The notes under the pieces: model-generated
The model's database searches: none
Told to the model about the DNA's origin: nothing
Seen by the model: only the letters and a program-made list of their open reading frames with translations
Made by a program: the position numbers and the translations under genes
Source: Candidatus Kryptoniota bacterium
GTDB lineage: Bacteria > Bacteroidota > Ignavibacteria > Kryptoniales > JAKASW01
NCBI GenBank assembly: GCA_024641705.1
Contig: JAHECO010000003.1
Coordinates: 75,826 to 139,825, forward strand
Direction: 5' to 3'
Length of the DNA stretch: 64,000 nucleotides
Shown: piece after piece, positions 27,736 through 37,551 of the stretch
Position numbering within the stretch: position 1 is the first letter of the stretch
Layout of the letters: each line of letters starts with the position of its first letter

Positions 27736-28590
27736 TTACCGCTGACGGGCCCGGCACCATTCTGCGAGTGTGGTTTTCGGTTTGCCGAGGAGATCGTCCG
27801 CCTCCCTCGAATCGCTGATCTCCCTAACTTTGGAGAAGTAGCGCATAAGCGGCAAGCCTACGCGACGGAGCTCCGTCCGGCCCGGGAACATCGACATAAA
27901 CGAGAGTATCCAGAATGGCACGCGTGTGAGTGTCGCTTCGGGTGCGCACGCGGTGCGGTACTTCTCGATAGCTTGTTCCATCGTCAGAGCTTCCGGGCCG
28001 TATACGTAGAATGTCTTGCCCGCTGTTGAGCCAGTATCGAATGCTTTCGAGACCATGGCGGCGTAGTCATCCGCAGCAACCCAGTGCCATGGTACGGGCT
28101 GGTTTCCCAGTAACATTGCCTTGCCGTCCCGCACGAAAGTCGGAAGCAGCTCCATGAACATAGTGCACCTGAATATGGTGAAGGGGACTCCGGAAGCGCG
28201 CACCGCGTTCTCGGCATCCAACTTCGCACGCGTCATCGGGAACCAGGCATTCTCCTCGCAGGTGCTAGCGCCGGAGATGAGCGTGATCCGGCGTACTCCT
28301 TGGCGGGCCGCGGTCGCGGCAACATTCTTCGTCCCGTTCCGCTCGACATCCCAGTCACCGCGTCCGTCGATGCTGATATGAACACCCGTGCACCCTGCCA
28401 TCGCGCGCTCGAGCGAGGGGACATCGAGCACGTCGCCGCGGATGACTTCGAATCCGTGGGGGAATTTCTTTCTTGTACTCTCTTCGTTCCGGCTGAATAC
28501 ACGGACACTATATCCGTCCCCGGCAAGCCGGCGTGCAACCGGCTCGCCGAGCCTTCCCGTGGCACCGACGACAAGTATTGTCTGAGCCAT
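27736..28590 (-). CDS. NmrA-like / NAD(P)H-binding SDR-type protein
   Basis: ILVVGATGRLG Rossmann motif and atypical-SDR layout. ATG at 28590. Confidence 0.8.
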   Translation of the reverse strand: MAQTILVVGATGRLGEPVARRLAGDGYSVRVFSRNEESTRKKFPHGFEVIRGDVLDVPSLERAMAGCTGVHISIDGRGDWDVERNGTKNVAATAARQGVRRITLISGASTCEENAWFPMTRAKLDAENAVRASGVPFTIFRCTMFMELLPTFVRDGKAMLLGNQPVPWHWVAADDYAAMVSKAFDTGSTAGKTFYVYGPEALTMEQAIEKYRTACAPEATLTRVPFWILSFMSMFPGRTELRRVGLPLMRYFSKVREISDSREADDLLGKPKTTLAEWCRARQR

Positions 28591-29008
28591 GACGCTCCTC
28601 ATGTTTTACAGTGCGAAAGCGTGAAAGGTCCTTGACTACTCATCATTGACGACATGAGCACCAATGTCCGTTCATCTACTTCAGATAGGTTCTTCGGTGT
28701 GATTTTATCGTTCTTGCGCGCCCTCTGACCTCCAGCGCCGGATGACCGCCGTTGGAAGACGATCAACTTCTCAAAAATTAGGAGAACATGTTCGGAATGT
28801 CAATTGTCTGCAGAGGGAAGTATTTCCCGGTCCTGTGCGGGGAGGGGGCATGGATCCAATTTTTCTCAAATTTGTATGCTATTGGCCGGCTGAATGGTGT
28901 ATAACGATCGCATTGCTTAATATGTGAATGGGCGGTGCCGGCTTTACGTAAGAAGGGGACATTCTCCCGACCATCCGGCTTGCCGCATTGACCGAACAGA
29001 GAGCGAGG

Positions 29009-29521
29009 ATGAGAAAGGTAATCCTTAATCTTGCCGTTAGTCTCGACGGTTACATCGAAGGACCGAAGGGTGAATACGACTGGTGTTTCACGGATCAGGA
29101 CTACGGCATGACGAGGTTCCTCAGTCATATCGACGCCATATTCTTCGGGAGAAAGAGTTTTGAACTGGTCTGTCCGATGGGTCCGAATGCTTACCCGGAT
29201 CTCACAAGGTACGTCTTCTCGAGAAGTCTGAAATCGGCGGAGGGGGCTATCGTGATAAGTGACGACGTGAAACGGAATGTCGAGAAGATCAAGCGTATGA
29301 AGGGGAGGGATATATGGTTGTTCGGAGGTGCGGAACTGACAAACAGCCTGCTCGAACTCGGTGTCATAGATGAGCTTCAGCTTTCCGTGCATCCGGTCAT
29401 CCTGGGCGGAGGCAAACCGCTGTTTAAGAGTTCCAGCAAGAGAACCGGACTGAGACTGGTCGGTACGAAGCAGTACTCTACCGGCCTTGTGCAGATGTTC
29501 TATACTTTCGGCAAGAAATAG
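29009..29521 (+). CDS. dihydrofolate reductase family protein (RibD C-terminal domain)
   Basis: MRKVILNLAVSLDGYIEGP...DIWLFGGAEL...DELQLSVHPVILGGGKPLF. Confidence 0.8.
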   Translation: MRKVILNLAVSLDGYIEGPKGEYDWCFTDQDYGMTRFLSHIDAIFFGRKSFELVCPMGPNAYPDLTRYVFSRSLKSAEGAIVISDDVKRNVEKIKRMKGRDIWLFGGAELTNSLLELGVIDELQLSVHPVILGGGKPLFKSSSKRTGLRLVGTKQYSTGLVQMFYTFGKK

Positions 29522-29542
29522 AATCTCCATCATCAAACGAGG

Positions 29543-30547
29543 ATGATAATGAAGAGCGAGTCTACTCTGTTGCATCGCAGGATGAGATTGCCGGTGATGC
29601 TGACCGGCTTACTGTTACTCTTTTCCACGTTCGGAACGACTGCCGTCATGGCACAGGGCTCGAGGGCAACGCCGGGTGCCTATGCGTGGGTCGATGGTGT
29701 GCACCTGTGGTTCCAGATAAAGGGGCACGGCGACCCGGTGGTCGTGATCCCGGGCGGACCGGGCGATTCGCATCTCTACCTTACGCCCTGGTTCGACGAG
29801 CTGGAGCGGCAGCACAAGGTTATCTACTACGACCCGTTCGGAAGAGGGAAATCCGACAGGGCGAAAGAAGCGAGTGAGTACTCCTTCGATCGCGACGTGA
29901 AGGACCTCGAAGGGCTTCGGACTGCTCTCGGAATCGAGAAGTGGAGCGTGATCGGACATTCCTACGGCGGCATGGTCGCTCAGGCTTACGCGCTGAAGTA
30001 CCCTAACTCCGTCGACAAGCTGATCCTTTCCAATACTTTCTACGACGCAGAGATGTGGCAGGAGAACGACGACAATTCGAATTACGAAATAAAGAACCAG
30101 TACCCCGAGGTGTGGGCAGAGCTGATGAAGCTTCGCGACCAGGGGATGGTTTCAAGCTCACCGGAGTGTCAGAGACTCTACGCACAGATCCCGTCGGGAT
30201 TGTTGTACTACTACGACGCTGCCAACTCGGAAAAGGTCAGGAAGGATTCTGTGAGTTTCAATCCGCAGGTATATTACCAGATAGTCGGTGCAGACGGCGA
30301 CTTCCTCATCGGGGGCGACATCGGAAAAATCGATTTCAGGACGGAGCTGAAGAATCTCAAGATGCCGGTCCTGATTCTGACTGGGCGGTTCGACCGCATC
30401 GCGGTCCCGCGTTTCTCGGAGAAATTCCAGGAGTACTGCCCGCAGGCGAAGCTCGTGATGTTCGAAAGGAGCGGACACCTGCCGTTCATAGAACAGCCGA
30501 AGAGGTACTTCCAGGTAGTGGAGGAGTTTCTGAAAGAGGGGAAATAG
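29543..30547 (+). CDS. secreted alpha/beta hydrolase (proline iminopeptidase-like)
   Basis: Signal peptide, HGGPG-like IPGGPG, and nucleophile elbow GHSYGG. Confidence 0.8.
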   Translation: MIMKSESTLLHRRMRLPVMLTGLLLLFSTFGTTAVMAQGSRATPGAYAWVDGVHLWFQIKGHGDPVVVIPGGPGDSHLYLTPWFDELERQHKVIYYDPFGRGKSDRAKEASEYSFDRDVKDLEGLRTALGIEKWSVIGHSYGGMVAQAYALKYPNSVDKLILSNTFYDAEMWQENDDNSNYEIKNQYPEVWAELMKLRDQGMVSSSPECQRLYAQIPSGLLYYYDAANSEKVRKDSVSFNPQVYYQIVGADGDFLIGGDIGKIDFRTELKNLKMPVLILTGRFDRIAVPRFSEKFQEYCPQAKLVMFERSGHLPFIEQPKRYFQVVEEFLKEGK

Positions 30548-30569
30548 CCATGATCTGAAGATCATGGCT
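30546..30569 (+). terminator. perfect 10-bp stem hairpin overlapping the hydrolase stop codon
   Basis: agccatgatc-tgaa-gatcatggct. There is no clear T-tract. Confidence 0.35.
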
Positions 30570-30650
30570 ATGATTCTGTGGGAGATCCGCGGTACAATCC
30601 ACAATATTTGTTCTTCCTATCCGTCATAATTACCAGAGGCAAAAAGAGAA

Positions 30651-31226
30651 TTGACAGCCGCTACTTCGAAGCAGATTGAAGCGACGATAGAGAAGGAAAG
30701 AGGAAAGCTTTTCGGCTTTATCAGGCGAAATGTGCCGACTAAAGAAGAGGCTGAGGATATACTTCAGGATGTTCTTTTCCAATTCGCGAACGCGTTCGAG
30801 AGCATCGAGTTCATGGACAGGGTTTCCGCGTGGCTCATGCGGGTCGCGAAGAACAGGATAATAGACACGCAAAGGAAGAAGAAGCCGCAGGCCTTCAGGG
30901 ACTTGAAGATCAGGGTCCCGGGCGACGAATCGGGCGACGCACTCTCAATCGAAGATATGATCCCGGATCTTGCCGGGCTTCCGCTTCCCGACGAAGTGTA
31001 CTGGCAAAACCAATTCTGGGACGAGATCGAAGAGGCACTCGATGACTTGCCGGAGGAGCAGCGCGAAGTCTTCGAGATGAACGAGTTCGAAGGGATGAGT
31101 TTCAAAGAAATTGCCGAAATAAAAGGCGAGCCGCTCAACACGCTCATTTCGAGGAAGCGGTACGCGGTTCTGTATTTGAGAAAACGTTTGAAAAATCTAT
31201 ATGAGGAGTTAACAAACAATGTATAA
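30651..31226 (+). CDS. ECF-type RNA polymerase sigma-70 factor
   Basis: Region 2 (DILQDVLFQF..W) and region 4 (MSFKEIAEIKGEPLNTLISRKRYAV) are present. Confidence 0.85.
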   Translation: MTAATSKQIEATIEKERGKLFGFIRRNVPTKEEAEDILQDVLFQFANAFESIEFMDRVSAWLMRVAKNRIIDTQRKKKPQAFRDLKIRVPGDESGDALSIEDMIPDLAGLPLPDEVYWQNQFWDEIEEALDDLPEEQREVFEMNEFEGMSFKEIAEIKGEPLNTLISRKRYAVLYLRKRLKNLYEELTNNV

Positions 31227-31548
31227 CTGGAATGGACGCAGACGGGGCGTGTGGATTATCTTTGCATTTCCATTCTTCCTGGTATTCCTTGCCGTAGCCG
31301 GTCTCGCGGTCATGCTCCTTTGGAATTGGCTCCTGCCGGCAGTATTCGGCTTGAAGACGATAACGTTCCTGCAGGCCGTGGGAATTCTGATCCTTGCAAA
31401 AATCCTGTTCGGTACGCATGGAAGGAGGCCGAGACCCTTCTACGGACGTCCGTGGGCGTGGGAGCGATGGAAGAAGTGGCACGAAGAACATCCGCATTTC
31501 TCCGAGCACGACACGTCATTGTCAGAAGACGAAGGCAAGGACGCATAA
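31219..31548 (+). CDS. small membrane protein coupled to the ECF sigma gene
   Basis: Overlaps the sigma gene stop by 8 nt. It has two TM segments and an Arg/Trp/His-rich tail. Confidence 0.5.
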   Translation: MYNWNGRRRGVWIIFAFPFFLVFLAVAGLAVMLLWNWLLPAVFGLKTITFLQAVGILILAKILFGTHGRRPRPFYGRPWAWERWKKWHEEHPHFSEHDTSLSEDEGKDA

Positions 31549-31565
31549 AATCGCGGGAATAGATC

Positions 31566-32165
31566 ATGAGTAATTTCCAGTTCTATTATACGGTCGCCTA
31601 TCGCCGGGCGAGAGACGAATCCCGGATAGACTGGCACAGCGAGGATCCTCCCGCACTCCTGGTGGAGGCAGTAGAGTCGATAGCCGGGCCGGGAAGGGCG
31701 CTGGATGTCGGCTGTGGGACGGGTGTCAGCTCGGTCTTCATGGCACAGCGTGGTCTAGACGTGACCGCCATAGACTTCGTGCCGGAGGCACTACCGTTTG
31801 CAATCAGGCGCGCTGAAAAAGCGGGAGTGAAGGTCGATTTCAAGGTGGCCGACGCGACGAAGTTCGAACCGGTCGGCAGGTACGACCTCGTGGTCGATGT
31901 CGGCTGCTTCCACGGCCTCAACGACAAGTCTAAGTTGCTGTACAGGGCGAGGCTGATGAACTGGCTGTCGGACGGCGGCCAGTTTGTCCTTGTCCATTTT
32001 GGGAAGAGGCACACTTTCGATTTCGGCATTATCGGCCCGAAGCCGAGGAGGAAGGAAGAGATAGAGAGATTTTTCGCCCCCGAGCTGAGTCTGGAAAACT
32101 TCCTCCCGGAGACGATGGGGAAGCCCCTCTACCAGTACAGGTTCACGAGAAACCGTGCGCGTTAG
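31566..32165 (+). CDS. class I SAM-dependent methyltransferase
   Basis: [12 protein letters not shown] motif I and DLVVDVGCFH. Confidence 0.75.
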   Translation: MSNFQFYYTVAYRRARDESRIDWHSEDPPALLVEAVESIAGPGRALDVGCGTGVSSVFMAQRGLDVTAIDFVPEALPFAIRRAEKAGVKVDFKVADATKFEPVGRYDLVVDVGCFHGLNDKSKLLYRARLMNWLSDGGQFVLVHFGKRHTFDFGIIGPKPRRKEEIERFFAPELSLENFLPETMGKPLYQYRFTRNRAR

Positions 32166-32382
32166 CGGCAGCGAAGGATAGTTGGAGACCAGAGCAAAAG
32201 ACATGAAGTGGTGTGTGATAGCCGCAGGATAAGCGGAAAGGAAAGTACAAATTGGAAATATGGATCGCCATACCAGTTGCCGTGTTTGCGGTTGCGTTTG
32301 CGGTCGGTGTAATTGTAAACCGTATTTCAGCTCTCGCGCCTGCTGACCTGGCCGACCTGCCAGATGCCCGCAAGGCAGGGGG

Positions 32383-34098
32383 CTAAATCCCCAGTTTCTT
32401 CATCTTTCTCCACAGCGTCGACGGATTTATACCTAGCTCGGCCGCTGCCTTTACCCTGCTCCCGTTATGTTTCCTGAGGACTTCGATGATCATGGCTCTC
32501 TCTGCTCCCTTGACGGTTGAGTTGGGAACCGGACGCTCTGCGCGAGGGCCCGTCCTGATCCTCTCAGGGAGGCATTCCGGCTGGATTACTTCCCCGCCGC
32601 ACAACACGAACGAGTGCTCGACTACATTTTCCAATTCCCTGACGTTGCCTGGCCAGTCGTATCTTATAAGGAGGTCGTAAGTCTCGGGTGAGAAGCGGAG
32701 GATATGTTTGGAGAATTTCTCGTTAAACTGTGTAATGAAGTGGTTGACCAGAAGAGGGAAATCGTCCATCCTTTCCCTTAGAGGAGGGAGATGGATGTTT
32801 ATGACGTTTATCCTGTAGAAGAGATCTTTCCTGAACCTCCCCGCTTCAATTTCGTCCTGCGGTACCCTGTTGGTAGCGGCTATTATCCTCACGTTCATCT
32901 TGATCGGTTTGTTCCCTCCGACCCTTTCGAACTGACGTGTCTCTAAAACGCGCAGGAGTTTCGTTTGCACCCGCAGGGAAATATCTCCTATCTCGTCGAG
33001 GAAGAGGGTCCCCTCCTGTGCCAGTTCGAATTTCCCGATCTTTGTCGTGATCGCTCCGGTGAACGCGCCCTTCTCGTGTCCGAACAATTCACTTTCTATC
33101 AACGATTCGGCAAAGGCGCTGCAGTTGAGTGCAACGAACGGACCGTTCTGTCTCGCGCTGTTCAGGTGAATTGCCCTTGCCACAAGTTCCTTCCCGGTTC
33201 CGCTCTCTCCTGTGATCAGGACGGATGAATCGGTCTGCGACACACTCTCGAGCAGCGTAAACACCCGTTCCATCTCTTTATTCCTGCCGACGATGTACTC
33301 GTATTTGAATTTCTCCCTTAAATGCTCGGACAAATTTCTGATCTCCGACACATCTATGAAGGTTTCGACAGCGCCGATCTTCTCGCGTTTGTTGTTTCGA
33401 AGTATAGAGGAGTTGACTCTGATCGGGACGCGCGCCCCCTGCCGGCTTACGATTTCGAGTTCGTTTCCTATCGTCGGCTTGCCCCTGGTCATCGTGGCTT
33501 CCATATGACAGCCGTTTCTGCAGAGCCGGGATCTGAATATCTCCCAGCATTTCTTTCCGACCGCATCACTTTTGCGGTAACCGGTGATCTTTTCTGCAGA
33601 GTTGTTGAATGAAGTGACGGTCCATTCATTGTCTATTGTGAATGTTCCCTCGATGTTGCTGTTGAAGATCGCTTCAAGCCTGTTCCTTTGGTCGATCAAT
33701 TCCGATGTCATTCGTTCAAGCTCTCCGGTCAGGGTCAGCATCTCACGGGTGTCGCGGAACACGAAGACCGCGCTGATAACCTTGCCGGACTTGGTAATCG
33801 GAGTCACGGATGCGAGGACGTTCCTGACCCCACCCCTGTGGTCGGTGATGTTGACGGAGAGGTTTGACAATGCGACGTTGTCCGTGAGTGAATGTGAGAT
33901 CTGCTCCATGTCGTGCGGACTGTTGCGGAAGAGGAGGTCATAATGCTTACCGACTATCTCGTCCTCACGGTACCCGCTGATCCGCGATGCGGCTTCGTTG
34001 AAAACGATTATCTTGCGGTCGGAACCGATGACGGCTATGCCGTCAGGGATTACCATCTTCTCCCTGTTCCTGTCGATAATGCTGATCGCTTCTTTCAT
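32383..34098 (-). CDS. sigma-54-dependent transcriptional activator with two PAS domains
   Basis: AAA+ core ([29 protein letters not shown]), C-terminal Fis-type HTH, and two PAS-like N-terminal modules. Start moved to the ATG at 34098 because the upstream ORF part is a repeat-rich probable regulatory region. Confidence 0.85.
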   Translation of the reverse strand: MKEAISIIDRNREKMVIPDGIAVIGSDRKIIVFNEAASRISGYREDEIVGKHYDLLFRNSPHDMEQISHSLTDNVALSNLSVNITDHRGGVRNVLASVTPITKSGKVISAVFVFRDTREMLTLTGELERMTSELIDQRNRLEAIFNSNIEGTFTIDNEWTVTSFNNSAEKITGYRKSDAVGKKCWEIFRSRLCRNGCHMEATMTRGKPTIGNELEIVSRQGARVPIRVNSSILRNNKREKIGAVETFIDVSEIRNLSEHLREKFKYEYIVGRNKEMERVFTLLESVSQTDSSVLITGESGTGKELVARAIHLNSARQNGPFVALNCSAFAESLIESELFGHEKGAFTGAITTKIGKFELAQEGTLFLDEIGDISLRVQTKLLRVLETRQFERVGGNKPIKMNVRIIAATNRVPQDEIEAGRFRKDLFYRINVINIHLPPLRERMDDFPLLVNHFITQFNEKFSKHILRFSPETYDLLIRYDWPGNVRELENVVEHSFVLCGGEVIQPECLPERIRTGPRAERPVPNSTVKGAERAMIIEVLRKHNGSRVKAAAELGINPSTLWRKMKKLGI

Positions 34099-34163
34099 CT
34101 TCACATATCCCTGTGTCTGGTTGCTGCGGACCGTAGACTCTGAAACCGAACGCTCTAAGTTAA

Positions 34164-34206
34164 TTGCAATGATGCAATGCATGCAACATTCGTTGCAGGC
34201 ATGCAA
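34164..34206. promoter_or_regulatory. cluster of (A/T)TGCAA hexamers incl. palindrome TGCAAC-N4-GTTGCA (candidate enhancer/UAS)
   Basis: ttgcaa 34164, atgcaa 34172, atgcaa 34181, tgcaac-attc-gttgca 34182-34197, atgcaa 34201. They lie between the divergent activator gene and the DUF5320 gene. Confidence 0.3.
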
Positions 34207-34256
34207 CGACATTCGCTGAATATGCTTCTTTTTCCTCCAATTCCGGGGTGTCTCGC

Positions 34257-34283
34257 GGCATAATTATTGGCCTTTCTGAAGCA
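34257..34283 (+). promoter_or_regulatory. candidate sigma-54 -24/-12 promoter(s)
   Basis: Two overlapping candidates: GGCAT-N5-TTGG (34257-34270) and TGGCC-N7-AAGCA (34268-34283, with the GG-N10-GC invariants intact). They lie about 75 nt upstream of the first gene. Confidence 0.3.
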
Positions 34284-34358
34284 AGGTCGGGAGAAACATG
34301 GTTTACACAACATGACTTCCGCCTGAACTGAGTTTCGAACCAAAGGAGGGAGATGAAC

Positions 34359-34598
34359 ATGCCTAACCTTGACGGAACAGGGCCGCAAGGCCTGGGACCC
34401 ATGTCCGGTGGAGGACGGGGGCGCTGCACTACAAGAGGAATTGCGGAACAGCGGCTATCGCAACCCGCAGCCGTCGAGCCCGGTCAGACTACTGTATTCG
34501 GTGTCGGACGTGGTGGGAGGCCTTTCGGCGGTGGAAGAGGAAACTGCTACGGCGGCGGCAATTGCCGGCGGGGGATGGTAAGAAGACGCGGCTGGTAA
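34359..34598 (+). CDS. DUF5320-like Gly/Arg-rich small protein
   Basis: MPNLDGTGPQGLGPMSGGGRGRC N-terminus is typical of DUF5320. AAGGAGG lies about 8 nt upstream of the ATG at 34359. Confidence 0.6.
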   Translation: MPNLDGTGPQGLGPMSGGGRGRCTTRGIAEQRLSQPAAVEPGQTTVFGVGRGGRPFGGGRGNCYGGGNCRRGMVRRRGW

Positions 34599-35000
34599 AT
34601 GATCGTCGCGTTTTCTGCCGAGACGCTGCAACCGGATTCTTTCATATCCTCCGACTTCGGGAGGAGCAGCTGTTTTATACTCGTCGATACCGGCATCGAT
34701 TCCAGGGAAGTAGTGCGGAACCCATATGCGGAATCGCTCGGAGACGCCGGAATTCAATCCGCCAGGATGTTGATCGAAAAGAATGTCGATGCGGTTGTCA
34801 TCGGCCAGATCGGTAGGTTTGCGTTGAAGCTTCTATCTGCCGCAGGCATACGTGTCTACAGTTATCCCGGAAGACAGGTATCCGAAGCGATCGCGCGCTT
34901 TCTAAAAGACGGACTGGACGTATTCTCCGATGTCGCGGTCGCGAAACAGCGGCGCTGTGCATGCCGGGGACGAAGGCGAGGGGAACGGAGAAGAGATTAA
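34599..35000 (+). CDS. NifB/NifX-family (dinitrogenase FeMo-cofactor-binding domain) protein 1
   Basis: FGRSSCFILVD...DAVVIGQIG..A...L..AGI layout. TAA-ATG junction with the preceding gene. Arg-rich tail. Confidence 0.75.
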   Translation: MIVAFSAETLQPDSFISSDFGRSSCFILVDTGIDSREVVRNPYAESLGDAGIQSARMLIEKNVDAVVIGQIGRFALKLLSAAGIRVYSYPGRQVSEAIARFLKDGLDVFSDVAVAKQRRCACRGRRRGERRRD

Positions 35001-35042
35001 TGGAATATCGAACATAGACAAACAACAATCGAAAGAGGAACG

Positions 35043-35417
35043 ATGAATCGAAGACTAGTGGTGGCAATCGAAGAATCGGGTTCGGAAGAAAGAGTGGCCG
35101 AACATTTCGGACGATGCTCCAGGTTTTGCATTTGCGAACTGGATGAGATGAACCGAGTGGTAAAACAGGAATCCTATTTCAACCCGCTGAACGGAGAGCA
35201 CGGCGGAGTCTGCCAGCTTCCCGCGTACGTCAGGCAGTTCAATGTTGACGCGATAATTGCAGGTGGGATGGGACGAAAAGCGGTCGCCGGTTTTCATGAG
35301 CTGGGTATGGAGGTCATAACGGCACCAGGGCTTCTCTACAGGGAAGCCGTGGATCTCTACGCAACTGGAAAATTGAATGGCTACCAGGAGTGCGCGGGGC
35401 ACGGTCATCATTCATAA
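35043..35417 (+). CDS. NifB/NifX-family protein 2
   Basis: HFGRCSRFCICE...DAIIAGGMGRKAVAGFHELGMEV, with a C-terminal GHGHHS. Confidence 0.75.
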   Translation: MNRRLVVAIEESGSEERVAEHFGRCSRFCICELDEMNRVVKQESYFNPLNGEHGGVCQLPAYVRQFNVDAIIAGGMGRKAVAGFHELGMEVITAPGLLYREAVDLYATGKLNGYQECAGHGHHS

Positions 35418-35433
35418 CGAGCCGGAAGATGAA

Positions 35434-35500
35434 GAACACCACGAGAGAAACAGAGGCACCGAGAGAAATGACTTTCCCTGTTTCCTGTGTCTCCGTGGTT
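35434..35500. repeat. REP-like hairpin element, copy B
   Basis: gaacaccacgagagaaacagaggcac...gtgtctccgtggtt. Same family and same position (just after a stop codon) as 13718..13786. Confidence 0.45.
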
Positions 35501-35544
35501 CAATGCCGCTCCAGTATTGTGAATAGAATCGGGAGTAGCGCGAG

Positions 35545-36138
35545 ATGATAATGCCGATACACCTTTACGGAGCCGGAGTATGGGATAAGCCCGTCCGTGA
35601 AGTTACCGGGTTTGATGACAAGCTTGCCGGACTTATCCGCGACATGTTGGAGACGATGTACAAAGCGGATGGCGTCGGGTTGTCCGCGACGCAGGTCGGA
35701 CTTCGGATCCAGCTTGCCGTGATAGATGTGTCGGGTATGGAATGCTGCGGGGACTCGAAGCCGCTCGTGGTCATCAATCCTGAGATTCTGGAGTCGAACG
35801 GCGAATCCGTTCTGGAAGAAGGTTGTCTGAGCATTCCTGGAGTACGCGGTGAGGTGTCGCGCGCGGAAAAGATAACGGTCCGGTTCTCCGACGGGACCTT
35901 CAAACCGGTTGAGGCTCAGTTTGCCGGCATGCCTGCGCGCGTGTTCCAGCACGAGTACGATCACCTTCATCAGAAGTTCTTCGTCGATCGTCTGTCGCGC
36001 ACGAAGCGCCGTCTCATCAAACCCAAGTTGTCAAAGGTAAGAAGGGGAGAAGCCATGGTCCGCTATCCGGTTGTGTCCGTGGTCGATGAGAAGAAAACGA
36101 AATGTCGCGAGCCGCTTCGATATGATTTTCAAGACTGA
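35545..36138 (+). CDS. def: peptide deformylase
   Basis: The three PDF motifs are present: GVGLSATQ, EGCLS and QHEYDHL. Confidence 0.85.
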   Translation: MIMPIHLYGAGVWDKPVREVTGFDDKLAGLIRDMLETMYKADGVGLSATQVGLRIQLAVIDVSGMECCGDSKPLVVINPEILESNGESVLEEGCLSIPGVRGEVSRAEKITVRFSDGTFKPVEAQFAGMPARVFQHEYDHLHQKFFVDRLSRTKRRLIKPKLSKVRRGEAMVRYPVVSVVDEKKTKCREPLRYDFQD

Positions 36139-36159
36139 GAAAAAGGAAAGGAGTTTGCC

Positions 36160-36354
36160 ATGGCGGGAGAAGGCCGAAATAGGATGGGACCGAGCGGGTA
36201 CTGCGTCTGCGCGAGCTGCGGCTACAGGAAGCCCCACGTCGCGGGAGTTCCGTGCCTGGAAGAGAAGTGCCCGCACTGCGGGAAGGCGCTTATGCGCGAA
36301 GGATCCGAACACTACAAGTCGGCTGTAGAAAAGAAAAAGAGGAGGGAAGGCTGA
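36160..36354 (+). CDS. small Cys-rich zinc-ribbon protein
   Basis: GPSGYCVCASCG...PCLEEKCPHCG (two CxxC pairs) with a good RBS. Similar mini-proteins accompany NifX-like/DUF5320 genes in other anaerobes (from memory). Confidence 0.5.
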   Translation: MAGEGRNRMGPSGYCVCASCGYRKPHVAGVPCLEEKCPHCGKALMREGSEHYKSAVEKKKRREG

Positions 36355-36439
36355 CCGTACCATCAAGGGATTGTCGCCGGAACACCTCTCTTCTCAAAAT
36401 CAGCCGTCAGACATAACAGCTCAAAAAGGAGACAGTATC

Positions 36440-37501
36440 GTGAAGGGCAAAACGTTCGTGCAAATTACTCTGGGATGTGTCCTGACATTAGGACCAGCTG
36501 TCGGGTCGTACTCGCAAGAAATCGGTAGGGGGGACTGTCTTTATCTCTCCAGTCTGCATTCGTCCGCGAAAGGGATGGCTTACTGGTACGACAAGGCACA
36601 GGGAGGCCTCGAGACGGTAACGGGAATACCTTATGTGGATCTGGGGTGCAAGAACTGTCATGTCAAATCGTGCGATGCCTGCCACAAGGCCGATGTGAAC
36701 GGCAAACCGGCTTACTCGGTGAAGGAGGCGGAGAGTCAGGACAAGTGCCTGACGTGCCACGCCCGAGAGGCATCGATCATGAAAATCGACAAGGGAGCTA
36801 ACACGGCAGATGTCCATTTCGCCAGCGGGATGAGCTGTATGGATTGCCACAGCGCCCGCGAAATGCACGGGGACAGCCTCGAGTACGTTTCGATGAAGGA
36901 GAAGGGCGCGATGGACGCTAATTGTGAAGGATGCCACGAGTCCCTCTCGAAGATTGAAGCTCACACCGTTCACGGTAGTACCGTAGATTGCAAGGCATGT
37001 CATGTTCGCCAGGTGGTTAGCTGCACGAACTGTCACTTCGAAACGATGGTTCAAGAGGGGAGAAGGGTTGCCGTGCCGGTGTCGGGATGGGTGTTTCTGA
37101 TGAACCGCGACGGCAAGGTCACGTCCGCGAATATGCAAACTTTCGTCATGAAGGGAAACAAGACGTTCATGATTTTCGCGCCGCAGTTCAGTCACTCGGT
37201 TTATAAAGGTGCTAAATGTGAGGATTGCCACGCGACGGACAATGTTAAGCAGGTTCAAAAGGGGAGCATCGCCCTGACGTGGGTGAAAGACGGCAAGATG
37301 GAGAACGTGAAAGGGATTGTTCCCGTCGTGGACGGGGTCCGGTACAACAACACCTATGAGAATTTTTCCGGAGGCACATGGACTCCGATAGTAAACACAG
37401 AAACTTCTAAGGTCCAGTATGTCGGATTCGGTTCTCCGCTCACCAAGGAACAGATGGAGAAGCTCGAAAAACCGCAGAAGTCGACCGCCGCCGGCAAATG
37501 A
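36440..37501 (+). CDS. octahaem c-type cytochrome (secreted)
   Basis: Eight CxxCH motifs: CKNCH, CDACH, CLTCH, CMDCH, CEGCH, CKACH, CTNCH, CEDCH. The GTG at 36440 follows AAAGGAGA and precedes a signal-like segment. Confidence 0.8.
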   Translation: MKGKTFVQITLGCVLTLGPAVGSYSQEIGRGDCLYLSSLHSSAKGMAYWYDKAQGGLETVTGIPYVDLGCKNCHVKSCDACHKADVNGKPAYSVKEAESQDKCLTCHAREASIMKIDKGANTADVHFASGMSCMDCHSAREMHGDSLEYVSMKEKGAMDANCEGCHESLSKIEAHTVHGSTVDCKACHVRQVVSCTNCHFETMVQEGRRVAVPVSGWVFLMNRDGKVTSANMQTFVMKGNKTFMIFAPQFSHSVYKGAKCEDCHATDNVKQVQKGSIALTWVKDGKMENVKGIVPVVDGVRYNNTYENFSGGTWTPIVNTETSKVQYVGFGSPLTKEQMEKLEKPQKSTAAGK

Positions 37502-37551
37502 AGGATACAGATGAGAATTAGGTGCAGGGTCACAACCGGGATTGGTGAACG

